Shown here: in pieces, positions 27,454-43,286 of the stretch
Position numbering within the stretch: position 1 is the first letter of the stretch
How the letters are laid out: each line of letters opens with the position of its first letter
NCBI GenBank assembly: GCA_951406725.2
Contig: OX597821.1
Coordinates: 102,610,001-102,674,000 of the forward strand
DNA from: Octopus vulgaris
Taxonomy: Eukaryota
DNA length: 64,000 nt
Direction of reading: 5' to 3'
Notes under the pieces: model-generated
Databases searched by the model: none
Told to the model about the DNA's origin: nothing
The model's input: only the letters and a program-made list of their open reading frames with translations
Translations under genes and position numbers: made by a program

Positions 27454-27724
27454 GTATATATATAGTGTATAGTATATGTGTGTATATATATATATCTAAA
27501 TATATATCTAAATATATATTATATAAATATATTTATATATAAATATATATATATATATGTGTGTGTGTGTGTATTTATATGTATATGTGTGTATATATAT
27601 ATATCTAAATATATATCTAAATATATATTATATAAATATATTTATATATAAATATATATATATATGTGTGTGTGTTTGTGTGTGTGTGTGTATTTATATG
27701 TATATCTATGTATATCTCCTTTTT

Positions 27725-27760
<36 letters not shown>

Positions 27761-27882
27761 TGTACACGTATATGTATGTGTGTATCTGTATATATGTGTA
27801 TATGTATATATGTATATATGTATATAAATATGTATTTATATATATATATACACACATATATATACATATGTATATATATATG

Positions 27883-27973
<91 letters not shown>

Positions 27974-28454
27974 TCTGAATTTCAAAGGAAGGGGTTGTTA
28001 TGGTAACTGTTGTGCACTAAGGTATTCGTAGTGAATTTCAAATCATAATCTTTATTATTATTTTTTTTACTATATTAGTTATTAATGGATATTTGTAGTT
28101 TATTTTTAGCAGGGCGAACTAACCTTCGCTGAGGGCACGTCTCGGATGTTTATATGCATGTGCGCGAGTTTATATGCGTGCATGTGCGTACACAAGTATA
28201 CACACACAGACACATATACGTATACACACAAGGGCACAAAGTGCTTGATATAATTCTATATACACACAACTACACACCGTGTGTACATATATACCTATAT
28301 GCATACACACATGCACGCATTTACACACCTGTATACAAACGTATACTTACATATATGTATGTGTATGTAGATATACACATATATGCAAAATTACATATAC
28401 GTGTGTGTGTGTGTGCTTATATATATGCGTGTGTGTGTATGCATAGTTATAATT

Positions 28455-28499
<45 letters not shown>

Positions 28500-28570
28500 T
28501 ATATACATATACATACATATAAATATATATACATACATGTATATACACACACATATATATATACATATGC

Positions 28571-28606
<36 letters not shown>

Positions 28607-28673
28607 GCATATGTATATATATATGTGTGTGTATATACATACATGTATATACACACACATATATATATACATA

Positions 28674-28724
<51 letters not shown>

Positions 28725-28819
28725 GCATACTTTTCTCTAGCGACATCTGAGAAACATCGCCACACGCCCATGAAATACTTATCTGCCTCCTTTCATAATC
28801 ATTAATTTGCAAGCCTCTG

Positions 28820-28862
<43 letters not shown>

Positions 28863-29350
28863 AAGCACGCGCACACACTCACACGCGCACACACACAGAC
28901 ACGCATGCACACACACACACACACACACACGCACACACACAGACACGCACATACGCATACACACTCCCACTCACGTACGCATACACACCTACACACATAC
29001 ATACATACATACATTACACACATATATACATACACGCAACCTTGAACGCATGTCCATGGAAGCTTGCACAACCACGTGTTGTGCATATGTGCATTATTTA
29101 CATAATGCATACATATACACACATGCATACACACAAACACACACATATATATATATAGGTCTGTGTGTGTGTGTTAAAAAGTGGCAAATGTACACATTCA
29201 TATATACATTAGAAAGCAGAAAAATATATTAATGTGTTCAAGTACTCAATTATATACAGATATGACCACCCTGACAGAGATATTTAAATTTATATTCAGT
29301 CCTTTATAAATACATACATACAGACATACATACTTACGTATACATATATA

Positions 29351-29735
29351 GGCGCAGGAAAGGCTGTGTGGTAAGTTGCTTGCTTACCAACCACATGGTT
29401 CTGGGTTCAGTCCCACTGCGTGGCACCATGGGCAACTGTCTTCTACTATAGCCTCGGGCCGACCAAAGCCTTTTGAGTGGATTTTGTAGACGGAAACTGA
29501 AAAGAAGCCCGTCGTATATATGTATATATATATGTATATATGTCTCTGTGTGTTTGTGTGTCTGTGTTTGTCCCTCCAACATCTCTTGACAACCGATGCT
29601 GGTGTATTTACGTCCTCGTAGCCTTGCGGTTCGGTCTAAGAGACCGAGAGAATAAGTGCTAGGCTTACAAAGAATAAGTCATTGCTCCAGCATGGTCGCA
29701 GTCAAATCACTGAAACAAGTAAAAGTGTAAAAGAG
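29351..29735 (+). mobile_element. SINE S1, near full length
   Basis: Homology to 18411-18835. Confidence 0.9.
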
Positions 29736-29751
29736 TGTATATATATATATA

Positions 29752-29786
<35 letters not shown>

Positions 29787-30106
29787 GTCGGTTGCGACGA
29801 CGAGAGTTCCAGTTGACCCGATCAATGGAACAGCCTGTTCGTGAAATTAACGTGCAAGTGCCCTTAACGTAGTTCTCTGGGAAATTCAGCGTGATACAGA
29901 ATGTGACAGGGCTGGTCCTTTGAAACACAGGTACAACAGAAACAGGAAGAAAGAGTGAGAGAAGATTGTGGTGAAAGAGTACAGTAGGGTTTGCCACCAC
30001 CCCCTGCCGTGGAGCTTTAGGTGTCTTCGCTCAATAAACACAACGCCCGGTCTGGGAACCGAAACCGCGAGTCCGCTGCCCTAATCACTGTACAATTGCG
30101 CCTCCA
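29787..30106 (-). mobile_element. Third tRNA-derived SINE family (S3)
   Basis: Minus strand starts gtggaggcgcaattgtacagtgattagggcagcggactcgcggtttcggttcccagacc (degenerate A/B boxes); related fragment at about 21530-21670. Confidence 0.6.
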
Positions 30107-30463
30107 CACACACACACACACACATATATATACATATATATGTATGTATATAGAAATGTATATGTATACATATATATATATATATGTATGTATGTGTATA
30201 TATATATACGCATGCATATGCATGTGAATGTATGTATATATGTGTGTCTGTATTTGTGTATATATATATGTATACACATACATACACGCAAACATACATT
30301 CACACGCACGAACAGATGCATTCACACACACACACACACACACGCACATATACAAGCATGCATTTCTGTGTGTGTTTGTGTGTCTGTAATAGTGTATGCG
30401 TTTTAAATATACCAGCATATATTTGCGCCTGGTTTAGCATTCACGTAATTTTGTATAATTTCA

Positions 30464-30586
<123 letters not shown>

Positions 30587-30906
30587 AAATAAAACGAAAC
30601 TGGATGAATGCATAAACCATATGTTTGCGTATCGCTGATAATTTACGCAAACCACTGAAGTCTCGGCTGTACATACGATACAAATCACCAGGAAGAACTG
30701 TTTAGTGTGTGTGTGTGTGTGTGTGTGTTACCAAATGCAAGTGCCCCTTCCTTCTTCCTGAACTTCGAAACTTCTCACTGCGGATGCTCGAGAATGCACT
30801 CGTAAAGTCATTACAAATGCACGCACGTTAGCACGCAAGCACCCCACACACTCACTCACGAACACCGTTCTGTGTGCGAGAGTGCGCACGAGCTCGTCTG
30901 TTATAC

Positions 30907-31007
<101 letters not shown>

Positions 31008-31225
31008 TGTATATATATATAAAATTATATGTATATATATATACAATTATATATATATATAAATATTTATATATATTTATATAATTATATGCATATATAA
31101 ATACACATACACAAACGTATACACACATGCATTCACATTGATGAATGATAGATTGCAAGCTGTTCCAAATTGATCAAGTCTTTATGAAGCATTAATAATA
31201 TAATTATCACTATCTGTGTGTGTAT

Positions 31226-31329
<104 letters not shown>

Positions 31330-31553
31330 ATATGATATGTGCACATACACACAGATACACACACACACACTCACACACACGCATATACATATAAGCGCGT
31401 TCGTATACGCACACGCATACATGCACTACACATACACACATATATATTAGAGTTTGTTTTTAAGTTCAGTTACAATAAAACAAAGTCCGACGACTTAGCT
31501 GGTCGAAACATCGAAGTCACTGTCAACAACATTATTTTATAAGAATTATGTAC

Positions 31554-31624
<71 letters not shown>

Positions 31625-31803
31625 TTTGAGTAGTTGAATGAATTATCTTGTTATGGATAATTCGGTTAACCGATACCTGGGTAGCAAATTCACATCAGAG
31701 AAGACACGTTTGAAGTTACGTGCTTTCGTGTGGAAATTTGTATGTTTTTTTTTTAAATTTTAAATATATATATATGTATGTATATACATATATATGCATA
31801 TGT

Positions 31804-31859
<56 letters not shown>

Positions 31860-31879
31860 ACAAATATATATATTTTTTC

Positions 31880-32046
31880 GATGGCCCGATAACTGACGAG
31901 ATGCCGGCGTGGGTTTCCCGACATCCGAAACTCGGAGTTTTATCATGGCTACCGAATAATTGTCACATATTATATTTACAGATAAATTCCTCTATTCACA
32001 TAATATCGATGTCTCTTTCATTCTTTTGTTGTCTTGCCATTTCTAT

Positions 32047-32049
<3 letters not shown>
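31880..32049 (+). mobile_element. Family E solo copy with hammerhead-like motif, ending at (TA)n
   Basis: gataa-CTGACGA-gatg..catc-c-GAAACTCGGAGTT-ttatc at 31888-31944; downstream sequence matches the reverse complement of 26331-26440. Confidence 0.75.
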
Positions 32050-32132
<83 letters not shown>

Positions 32133-32190
32133 ATACTTATATATACATATATATACATACATATATATATATATAGAGAGAGAGAGAGGG

Positions 32191-33165
32191 AGTGAGGTTG
32201 AACAAAATAATAGAAGCACCATTTGTTTTTGATTATTTTTTTGGGGGGCAAAATGACAAATCCAAAACTGTTGTAGTTTGTATTTATGCATTTATCTGCA
32301 TTATGTATGCTTTGTACTTCATATTAAAGCACACTGATTGTTTTTTCATCCTTTGCAGATATATATTTAAATAAGTCAAAATTTACGACCTATCTGATTT
32401 CGAAAGAGGATACATAGTTGGAGTGCGGATGACTGGAGCTTCAGTCTCTAACACTGAAGGTAAAAACAGCTCTGGCAATCATAACTCTTGCCGAAAGGTA
32501 TGTATAACTTGCAGAGAGGTACCGCAGAAAAGTGAAACGTATTGTCTCTAAAACCTATCGAACTACCACAGAAAAAACTGACGGCTAAGTTAAGCCACAG
32601 CTTTGCCAACCCTATGTCAACAAAGCCGTTCGTTGTGGGATTCACAAGGCAGGATACTACAGGAAGGCTGCAGCCATTAAGTTTCTACCGTCTCCTATCA
32701 ACATTGAGCAACGGAAAAATTATGTCTTGACTATCAGAAATGGTCGATGGATCAATAAAACAATATTTTCTGACGAATCATCATTCCCTTTGTTTTCTCA
32801 CTTTTGAGTTTTCGTCTGGAGATGGCTCAAAGAAATCTTCAACTCTGATTGTCTGGTGTCTACCGTGAAACACGGAAGTGATTCTGTGATAACTTGGCCA
32901 GCCTGATCACAGAATTCTCTTGGTTCTTTAGTTGCTCTACATGGCAGTGCCAACGCCAAGGATTATCAGAGCATCTTGGCTGATAATGTCCGTTCCATGG
33001 TACAAACAACATTGTTCCCAGATGGTATCGTAACCTTGCAAGACGACAATGCGTCGATTCATACGGCTAATATTGTTCAGATGAGCTCAAAGAGAAGTCG
33101 ACCAATTGTATTGCCCCTGCAAATGTATCCCCCCCACCAAATCATCGGATCTCAATATAATCGCA
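32191..33165 (+). mobile_element. Degraded Tc1-like (DD34E) transposon
   Basis: Across frameshifts: DLSDFERGYIVGVRMTGASV, FSDESSF, TVKHGSDSVITW, LQDDNASIH, SSDLNII. Confidence 0.85.
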
Positions 33166-33188
33166 TATGTATATACATACATACATAC

Positions 33189-33393
33189 GTGATCTCTTGA
33201 GCACCACCAGCAAAAAAAATTTTTTTCCTCTGTCTTCCCTTCTCGGGATCTTTCCTTCTCCTTTGTTTCCGACGAAGAGCTCCGCTCGAAACGTTATACC
33301 GCCCTTCCCTTCTTTCCTGAGCGTCTAATAATACTTTAATTGTTCCACGTCCTCGCGTTGCCGTGTTTTTTTTCTGTGTTTTCTTGTTTGGAT

Positions 33394-33398
<5 letters not shown>
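33189..33398 (+). mobile_element. Family A element
   Basis: CCGACGAAGAGCTCCGCTCGAAACGTTA from 33269; same 3' end (gtttggattaac) followed by (TA)n. Confidence 0.75.
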
Positions 33399-33478
<80 letters not shown>

Positions 33479-33567
33479 TAGAAGACACTTGCCTAGGTAC
33501 CACGCTGTGGGACTGCACCCGGAATCATGTGGTTGAGATGCAAACTTGTTAACATACAGCCACACAT

Positions 33568-33706
33568 AATTATAATTAAGGGTATCTAAGAGATATCACC
33601 ATGCTAGATATAGCAGCAAAAACTTGACTCTAAAACCACATTAAATGTTCATACAGCTGTATGGTTGTAGCATGGTGGTATCTCTTAGATACCCTTAATT
33701 ATAATT
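33568..33706. repeat. 39-bp inverted repeat (one mismatch) with 61-bp spacer, F-related element end
   Basis: 33568-33606 is the reverse complement of 33668-33706. Confidence 0.75.
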
Positions 33707-33797
33707 TTAATAATACTTATTACCTTTGAGATTTTTAGTCCCATGCTTGTCAGCTGATCAGATCGGTATTTCAAATAACGATCTTATCTTTATATAA

Positions 33798-33866
<69 letters not shown>

Positions 33867-34117
33867 TAGATAGATAGATACACGCATTCATGTATGCATA
33901 TATTTGGGTGCCGACAGGAGGTAACCCACCTTTTTTTTTTCTTTCAATTTTCCACCTGTTATACGTGCAGCCAACACGAAGCGACATGACATGCGTGTAA
34001 GCAATACAACTATATAGTATCTATTTTGTTTTGCTACTTGCTGAGAATTTGTTTTTAGCCTACACACAACACAGACATAAATATACATACATACGCATAC
34101 ATGCACCTATACAAGCA

Positions 34118-34174
<57 letters not shown>

Positions 34175-34608
34175 GATCTCTATTGAGGTTTATGCTTTGC
34201 CTGATAAATTGGAATGTAAGCAACTTTACACTCCATTTGCGTCCAAATAACTGCCGTGCCATGAAACTTAAGCAGCACGTTTGTGTACAAGTTACATCAA
34301 AACTCTGTCAGAGGTACAGAGTTCTCTCTATTTGCTATACGTTCATCCATTGACACGTATGCATACCTAACTGTGCATATTATACAATATACACACACAC
34401 ACAAACGCCTGCACGTCACGTGCACACACACGTTTGTAGGTATATATAATAATATTTGATTTTATCTCGTTACATAAAACATGCAGTTTGATGTTAAACG
34501 TAAAGATTACTCAATGATTGCAGTTGAGTACAGACTGACGACTGCAAGCAAGCCGAAACTTGGAGGCGGATGTCAAACGTTTCCCAATTAATCTCTCTCT
34601 CATTCTGC

Positions 34609-34726
<118 letters not shown>

Positions 34727-34751
34727 GTATATATTTATTTATATATATATG

Positions 34752-34782
<31 letters not shown>

Positions 34783-34857
34783 GTATACATGGTTATATAA
34801 GTATGCATATATATATATATGTACATGTATATATATATATATGTACATGCTAATATG

Positions 34858-34914
<57 letters not shown>

Positions 34915-35006
34915 ATATATATATATATATATACATATGTATATATAAATGGATATATGCGCATATTATACACATGTGTACATACAAATATGTACATGCT
35001 AATATG

Positions 35007-35100
<94 letters not shown>

Positions 35101-35431
35101 TGTATATATATTCAATGTTTCGGTTAAACGACAAAGTCATATTTAGATATTTGTAAGTAATCTAGCAAGTATATAAATCAAATTAATCTAAGAAATTAAT
35201 TAGAAGAGAAAATATAAACCATTTTCAAAGACTCTGATGAAAGAAAACCTGTTTCAAATTATACAACAAATATATCAAATATTGCCGATGTGTATGTATA
35301 TACACATCTACTGGTTAAATTCCTTGTGTGTGTATATATATATCTGTTCATATATATATCTGCATGTATACATAATATATATATATACAAATTTTACATT
35401 TATACTCACACACACACACATATATGTATAT

Positions 35432-35464
<33 letters not shown>

Positions 35465-35753
35465 GTAGATATGTATAGGTAGATACATATATATATATAT
35501 ATATATATATATGATATGTGTCTGTACACGTAAAATTTGTATATGTATATATTATATATACATGCAGATATATGCATGGACATGCGCAGACAGACAGACA
35601 GGCAGACAGACAGACAGACACACACACACACACAAACACGCATACCTTTTATCTTTTTATTCTTTTCGGTCATTATAGCGAACAGATAGAAAAGGAAACA
35701 AGAGAGAAGAAAAACGAAAAGGAAATACATTCTCGCCCTCTTTCTCACATTAC

Positions 35754-35828
<75 letters not shown>

Positions 35829-35829
35829 C

Positions 35830-35896
<67 letters not shown>

Positions 35897-35897
35897 C

Positions 35898-35957
<60 letters not shown>

Positions 35958-36030
35958 ATATCTATCTATCTGTTGGTCTGTGTGCCTTTCTCTCTCGCTG
36001 TCTCTGTGTTTGTCTCTCCATCTCTCCTTC

Positions 36031-36075
<45 letters not shown>

Positions 36076-36469
36076 CAAACACACACATACATGCACGCAA
36101 ACACATATTTTTTTAAATATATAATTTATAATATATATACATACACACACACCGGTGACAGAAGAAGCGGCAGTACTAGCCATGTGGTAGTCATGTGGTA
36201 GTCACGGGGTGAAGAGGAAGGGAAGTAGAGAAAAGTAGAATTGCCAAATAAACACGACCATTTTAGAGAAAGCGAGCCAAGATAAATATTTTCTGAGGTG
36301 CAAACCATTGCACGAGTTACAGGTTGTAAAGGTCACATATCGGATATGATTCATTGGACAAAAGGTTAAAGAAACTCACAGAATGAATTATTTTGTTCGG
36401 TATTTTGTTTTTTGTAAATATAACTTAGAATATAAAGATAATATATATTATAAATATGTATGCAGGTAT

Positions 36470-36502
<33 letters not shown>

Positions 36503-36531
36503 GATACATACATACACAGAAACACGCACAC

Positions 36532-36590
<59 letters not shown>

Positions 36591-36609
36591 TGATATATAT
36601 ATATTTTAA

Positions 36610-36830
36610 AATTATAAATTTGGGTATATACGGGATACCACCATGCTGAAAATAGCAGCCATGATCTGAATCTAAGATCACCATAATTGTCCATATATCA
36701 ACACGGAGAGAAAACAAAGCGACAAGATGAAACTAGTAAAAAATTTCTGGATAATTCTAGATCTCGGATTTCTACTTTGTATTTACTAATGCTTTGCCTC
36801 GTCAGTAGAATATACACAGAAGAGAAACCT
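36610..36830 (-). mobile_element. Degenerate relative of family F
   Basis: Minus strand CTGACGAggcaaagcattagtaaata resembles 26785 onward; GAAA box decayed; end resembles 33568-33612. Confidence 0.5.
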
Positions 36831-36832
36831 AA

Positions 36833-36979
<147 letters not shown>

Positions 36980-37339
36980 AGCACAGCATACCAATACTTA
37001 CATATACGAACGTGTACCTACATATATATATGCACGTATGCATCATGGTCAGTTCAAAATGCCCGCGTTTAATTCCATGTGAGATATGGTCAAAATATCG
37101 CCGCAGTAAATACACTGACAAAATGATTTTAAATTTATATAAATAAGGATAAGATTCGTTAATTTAAAAATATCGAAGCGAAGAATATACCGTAGGCTAC
37201 TCTTTAGGTAAAGGATATCTTGATTAAATGAAGCGTACATTGTCGTTAGGAGGCACATGTTAACACAGAGAAGATTCGATCAGAATGTGTGGAGAGCACG
37301 GTTTGAGTGGATTATATCCACACTTTCGCCATAACATAT

Positions 37340-37717
37340 ATTTGTTATTATCACTCTGCCTTCTGCGCAAGCGTGGTTATAGTGATCGAAGTGGTCATGT
37401 GGTCATGTGATCGAAGTTTGAACCTGATCGCGCCATTTTTCTTTCTGGTTTTAAAGCGTAAGCATGGCCGCTCCACAAGCAATGTGCACCAGAAGAGAGC
37501 AAAGAGCTATAATTTCTCTAGTAGGAAAGTGTGTCAGGTGCTGGAAAAGGGGTTTACGATCAACAGTGCAAGATACAGTGCTATGCTGGCCAACAAACTG
37601 AAGCCAGTAATTTGCACCAAACACCGAAGCCTATTGTCGAAGAGAGTCTTGTTGTTGCCTGACAATGCACGCCCATACACGGCCGCCCAGACTGTTGAAA
37701 CCATTAATCAATTGTGC
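37340..37717 (+). mobile_element. Internally deleted mariner fragment
   Basis: N-terminus MAAPQAMCTRREQRAII joined to LEKGFTINSARYSAMLANKLKPVICTKHRSLLSKRVLLLPDNARPYTA. Confidence 0.8.
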
Positions 37718-37796
37718 TAAAAGCCTCCGATGAATTCCAGTATCTTCCAGAAGGCAGCGGGACAATAATAAAAATATGTTATAGCGATAGTGCGGA

Positions 37797-38081
37797 TAGA
37801 TGGAAACTGAAAGAAGCCCGTCGTATATATACGTGTGTGCCTGCGTGTATGTATATATATATATATATGTACGTATGTGTGTGTGTGTGTGTGTGTGTGT
37901 TTGTCCCCCAGCCGTCGCTTGACAACCGATGCTGGTGTGTTTATGTTCCCTTAACAAAGACACTGACAGAATAAGCACTAGGTTTACATAGTTAGAGTGT
38001 TGGGCTCGATTTCTTCAACTAAAACCCTTTAAGGCGGTGTCCCAGCATGGCCGCAGTGAAATGACTGAAACAAGTAAAAGA
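37797..38081 (+). mobile_element. SINE S1, 5'-truncated
   Basis: ggaaactgaaagaagcccgtcg, microsatellite and tail present. Confidence 0.8.
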
Positions 38082-38140
38082 ATATATATATATATATATA
38101 TATACATATTCATTTTTTCTGTAGTTCCAGCTCAGAGCTG

Positions 38141-38181
<41 letters not shown>

Positions 38182-38188
<7 letters not shown>

Positions 38189-38406
38189 GAAACTAACCAC
38201 ACAAAATTCAAGAAGTCTTTGGACAAATTCCTTCAAACAGTCCCGGACAAACCGCCCACACCCGGATATGTCTCCGCAAACCATAACTCTCTGCTCGAAT
38301 GGGCCTTGGTGCCCAAATCCTGAATTGAAAGACTTCGCCAGGTGGTGCTATTAAGTTAGACATGGCCTGGGCCAATACTGGCCAAAACCTTTCTAAGTTT
38401 TCTAAG
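38182..38406 (+). mobile_element. CR1-group LINE 3' end
   Basis: KFKKSLDKFLQTVPDKPPTPGYVSANHNSLLEW then 3' UTR with short repeat tail (ttctaag). Confidence 0.75.
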
Positions 38407-38407
38407 T

Positions 38408-38472
<65 letters not shown>

Positions 38473-39197
38473 CGTATGGACACACACATGCACCGGACAT
38501 GTGTTTGAGTGTTAATAAGTTAGTATCATACACAGCGAGCAGTGACGGCGTTGTTTGAAATGTTAGGTTTTGTAGGTTAGACACGCGTACGCGCTGTTTA
38601 TGTGTGTGTGTCTGCGTGTGTGTGTCTGCGTGTGTGTGTGTGCGCGTGTAAAAGTAAGCAAGCGAATCAGTATATGCTTGTGGATAAGGTTACCGATATT
38701 TGAACACTACAACCTCGGCTCCTCACCACCACCACCACCATCCTCTCCCCCACTGCACGCACCACAGTCACCAGCACCGCCTTCGCCGTCTTCATCCCCC
38801 AGCTCATCACCACCACCACCACCACCACCACCGCCGCCGCCACCACGACGTCCATCATCATCATCATCATCACCGTCATCATGAAATGAGAGCTTAAGGC
38901 AGTCAGAGGGAGCGTGTATCGTCTTGGAGACGCTGAAGAATTAGTCAGATACCTCCACCTTGACGGTTCCTCGTTGCTTCCGTGACCTATCTTTGTACGG
39001 TGTTTCTCGAATGGTCGAACGCTGCTAATCTTCCTGACATTTCCAAGAACGTTCTTCGTTCCCAAACAATTAGATTTGCTTTCATTTGCTCTGTGGAATT
39101 AATCGGGCGAACACATACGGTCCTCTGGCAAAAATGATTTATTGTCATAAGGTGTGTCCGCTTGTGTGCGGAGGAGGGCTGTTGTGTGTGTATACTT

Positions 39198-39409
39198 ATT
39201 CTTTTATTTGTTTCAGTCATTTGACAGCGGCCATGCTGGAGCACTGCATTTGTCGAGCAAATCGACCCCAGGATTTATTCGTTGTAAGCATAGTTCTTAT
39301 TCTATCGGTTACTTATGCCGAACCGGTACGTTACGGGGACGTAAACACACCAGCATCGGTTGTCAAGCGATGGTGCGGGGACAAACACAGACACACAAAC
39401 ATACACACA

Positions 39410-39484
<75 letters not shown>

Positions 39485-39659
39485 GTATATACATATATAT
39501 ATATACGTATATACATACATACATATATATATATATATTGGGAAAGTTTACGACAAAAATATAAGACGAAGACAGGTGGTGTACAAAACAAACAGATTTG
39601 TATAACGTTCAGGAACAGAAAAAGTCTTTTACGTTTCGAGCCGACGCTCTTCTACAGAA

Positions 39660-39697
<38 letters not shown>

Positions 39698-39860
39698 GAC
39701 AGATTTCTTTTAGTTTTCGCTAACCAAATCCACTAATAAGGCTTTGGTCGACCCGAAGCTATAGTAGAAAGATACTTGCCCAAGGTGCCACGCAGTAGGA
39801 TTGAACCTGGAACTATGTGGTTGGTAAGCAAGCTACTTACCACACAGCCACTCCGGCACC
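39198..39860 (-). mobile_element. SINE S1 with nested family B element
   Basis: Reverse-complement head 39697-39860 and tail 39198-39395. Confidence 0.85.
39540..39659 (-). mobile_element. Family B element, truncated, nested in SINE microsatellite
   Basis: Homology to 40909-41035; inside the SINE at 39198-39860. Confidence 0.65.
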
Positions 39861-40243
39861 TATATATATTATTGTACTTTTTATTTTTATTTTTAATCGG
39901 TAGGAGTTAGAAATTGCCTTAAGGGCCGAGGGTTCCGAGTATGGCAGTTATCACGGTTTGATAAGTGCCATGCCCGGAGCTGTAGGTAACTGAGTAACTT
40001 TGGAACTTCCGCTGATAAAAACAATGAAAAAAGTATGCATGTATGTATTTATATATATTAACATCTTTGCTTGTATGTATGTATGTATGTATGTATGTAT
40101 GTATGTATGTATGTATGTATGTATGTATGTATGTATGTATTTATGTATGTACGTATGGATAGATGGATGGATGGGTGGCTGGATGGACGGATGGGTGTAT
40201 GGATGGATGTCCATACGTATGTATGCATATATGTATATGTATA

Positions 40244-40305
<62 letters not shown>

Positions 40306-40554
40306 GTAGATATAGATATAATATATATATATATATATAAAATATGCATATATATAGGCATACTACACTCACTCACACATGCACACGCACACACACAGAC
40401 ACACAGACACACAGAAACACATATATACATACTACGGGCTTTTACACGGTTTCCGTCTACCAACTTCACTGATTCCTTAGTCTGTCCGAGGTTGAAGGTA
40501 CTTGGAAAAGTGCCGAGCAGTGGGAGTGAACACGAAACCGTCCAGTTGCAAGAC

Positions 40555-40725
40555 GAGCTTCAAACGTTGGAACAAAGGTAAACACAGAGAATACAAGGTT
40601 GTCGGCCTCAGAATATTTGGTCAAGAAAGTTCTAAGGATTGAAGAACACATTGCGTAGGTCATGGTGACTTCATAGTTGATGTGAGTGCTCCAGCTTAGG
40701 CTGTTGTCTTCAGTTACGTTTAATT
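40555..40725 (-). mobile_element. CR1-group LINE RT C-terminal fragment
   Basis: LNVTEDNSLSWSTHIN...MCSSILRTF resembles LGV..D..LSW..HI....ILRTF. Confidence 0.65.
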
Positions 40726-40860
40726 GCATTCCTCTCTCTCTCTCTCACTCTGTCTGCCTATCTATCTATTCATCGATTTATGTGTGCGCGTGCGCGTTTG
40801 TAGAAATATACATAGTACACATGTATAGATGCGTACATGTATATGCATATATATATATGC

Positions 40861-40908
<48 letters not shown>

Positions 40909-40909
<1 letters not shown>

Positions 40910-41096
40910 GGGAGAGTTTACGAAAAAATCAAAAAACGAAGACAAGTGGTGTACAAAACAAACAGAAGTATTAGTATAACGCTCAGGAATAGAAAAAGTC
41001 TTTTACGTTTCGAGCCTACGCTCTTCTACAGAAAGGGACACAGAAAAAACAAGGAGAGAAAAAAATGTGTGTTGTGGCTAACGATCTATCATGGCG
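40909..41096 (-). mobile_element. Family B ~190-bp element (relative of family A) with variant hammerhead-like core
   Basis: Minus strand reads cttt-CTGTAGA-a-GAGC-gtag-GCTC-GAAAC-GTA-aaag; abuts (TA)n. Confidence 0.7.
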
Positions 41097-41113
41097 TGTG
41101 TGTATATGTCTTT

Positions 41114-41181
<68 letters not shown>

Positions 41182-41519
41182 AATTCAAAAATAATTTTGA
41201 AACCAAAGTATGCATACCTACACATGTTTGCACCCTGCCCGACTTCCCTCATAACTTCCCGAAAAATGAATGTTTTTTTAATGAATTTTCTACAAACACT
41301 TTTCAGAGTGTGTAAATTACGATTATATCGAAATTCGATGAGCAAAGATTAATATTGATCACGCACACATACAGACACACATCACAATATTTCACAAAAT
41401 TTCATGTTTCTTTTTGTAGATATTCGTGGTGATGTTTGCCAGTATTTATGACTACATACAAGCTTACCAAATATATTTTTTCATATTAAAATACGTTATT
41501 TAAACTGTTTGTCCGAATA

Positions 41520-41723
41520 GATAAGATAAACTTAGATATGTTTCGATCAAAGATTGGTCCTGGACATATCTAACTTAACAGCACCACCTGATGGGATTAG
41601 CTAAATCCTTTTAAAGTCAAGTCTTGTGGTATTATGGCCCATTCAAGTTGGGAGTTCTTGTCGAGTGAGCTGTATCCAGGTGTAAGTAGCTTATCCGGTA
41701 TCCCTTGAAGAAATTTGTCCAGT
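41520..41723 (-). mobile_element. CR1-group LINE 3' end, same family as 38182-38406
   Basis: LDKFLQGIPDKLLTPGYSSLDKNSQLEW; shared caggtggtgct.ttaagttaga UTR. Confidence 0.7.
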
Positions 41724-41793
41724 ATACACATGCATATATACATACAAATATAGATACATACATAAATGCATACATACGTATATATGTATGTGC

Positions 41794-41843
<50 letters not shown>

Positions 41844-41988
41844 AGTGAATTTAAGAAATGGAGTTGAACGAAGATTGAACAGAAATCGTTTTATTTCATT
41901 CCGTGCTGTCTTCTGCTGTGATTTTTGCTACCAAGGTATCGATTAAACTTTTGATTAATCTGCAACAAGATTATTCATCTTTCTATTT

Positions 41989-42065
<77 letters not shown>

Positions 42066-42805
42066 ATACATACATATATATTTACACAGATACACCGCAA
42101 ACACACACACATGGATATACACACATATGCATCCAGCCATGTATCCATCCATTCATCTATCCGTCCAGCCATTCAACCAGCCAACCAGCCAACCAGCCAG
42201 TTAGCCATACATACATACATACATACATACATACATACATACATACATACATACATACATACGAAATGCATATATGCATGCATACATACATACATACATA
42301 CATGCATACAAACATATATACATACATACATACATACATACATACTTACATAGATACGTACATACATACGTACATACATACATACGTACATAGATACGTA
42401 CATACATACGTATATATATGCATGCATACATACGTACATACATACATACGTACATACGTACATACATACATATACACATACATACATAATACATACATAC
42501 ATACATTTATACATACGTACATACATACATACATATATGCATACATGCATACATGCATACATACATACATGCATAATGCACGTACAAACATTAAACATGA
42601 ACTATATAATGCATAATTCAGAATAGACTGAGGTATAACCTCCCCACTCACACACACACAGACGTACACACACACAGGCATACACACACACACACACACA
42701 AACGCAGACACACATAACATTCACGACCATATAATACACATTTATATAACACAAATGGCTATCCAACTATCGTCGCACACCTACACAGAAACACACACAA
42801 TCAGC

Positions 42806-42853
<48 letters not shown>

Positions 42854-43077
42854 TACACACACTCACACACGCACGCACATTCACACACACGTTGTAGTAC
42901 ACAGGCGTAGAAACACATGTCTATGTTTCACCAGGGAAATTATGAAGCGCCATATTAAGAAATGATTGATGGATGTCTTTACTTGGGCATGCGCTACTGT
43001 ATGATGTCGTATAAAACCAGCATCTACAGACGTCAGCTGAATCTGTCTGCCTGTCGGTCTGTCTGTCCGTATGTTCG

Positions 43078-43208
<131 letters not shown>

Positions 43209-43221
43209 ATTTATCTGTCTG

Positions 43222-43286
<65 letters not shown>

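Noticed and set aside
32768-32790. CTGACGA hammerhead box
   Set aside because: It is the FSDE codon run of the Tc1 transposase, with no properly placed GAAA or stems.
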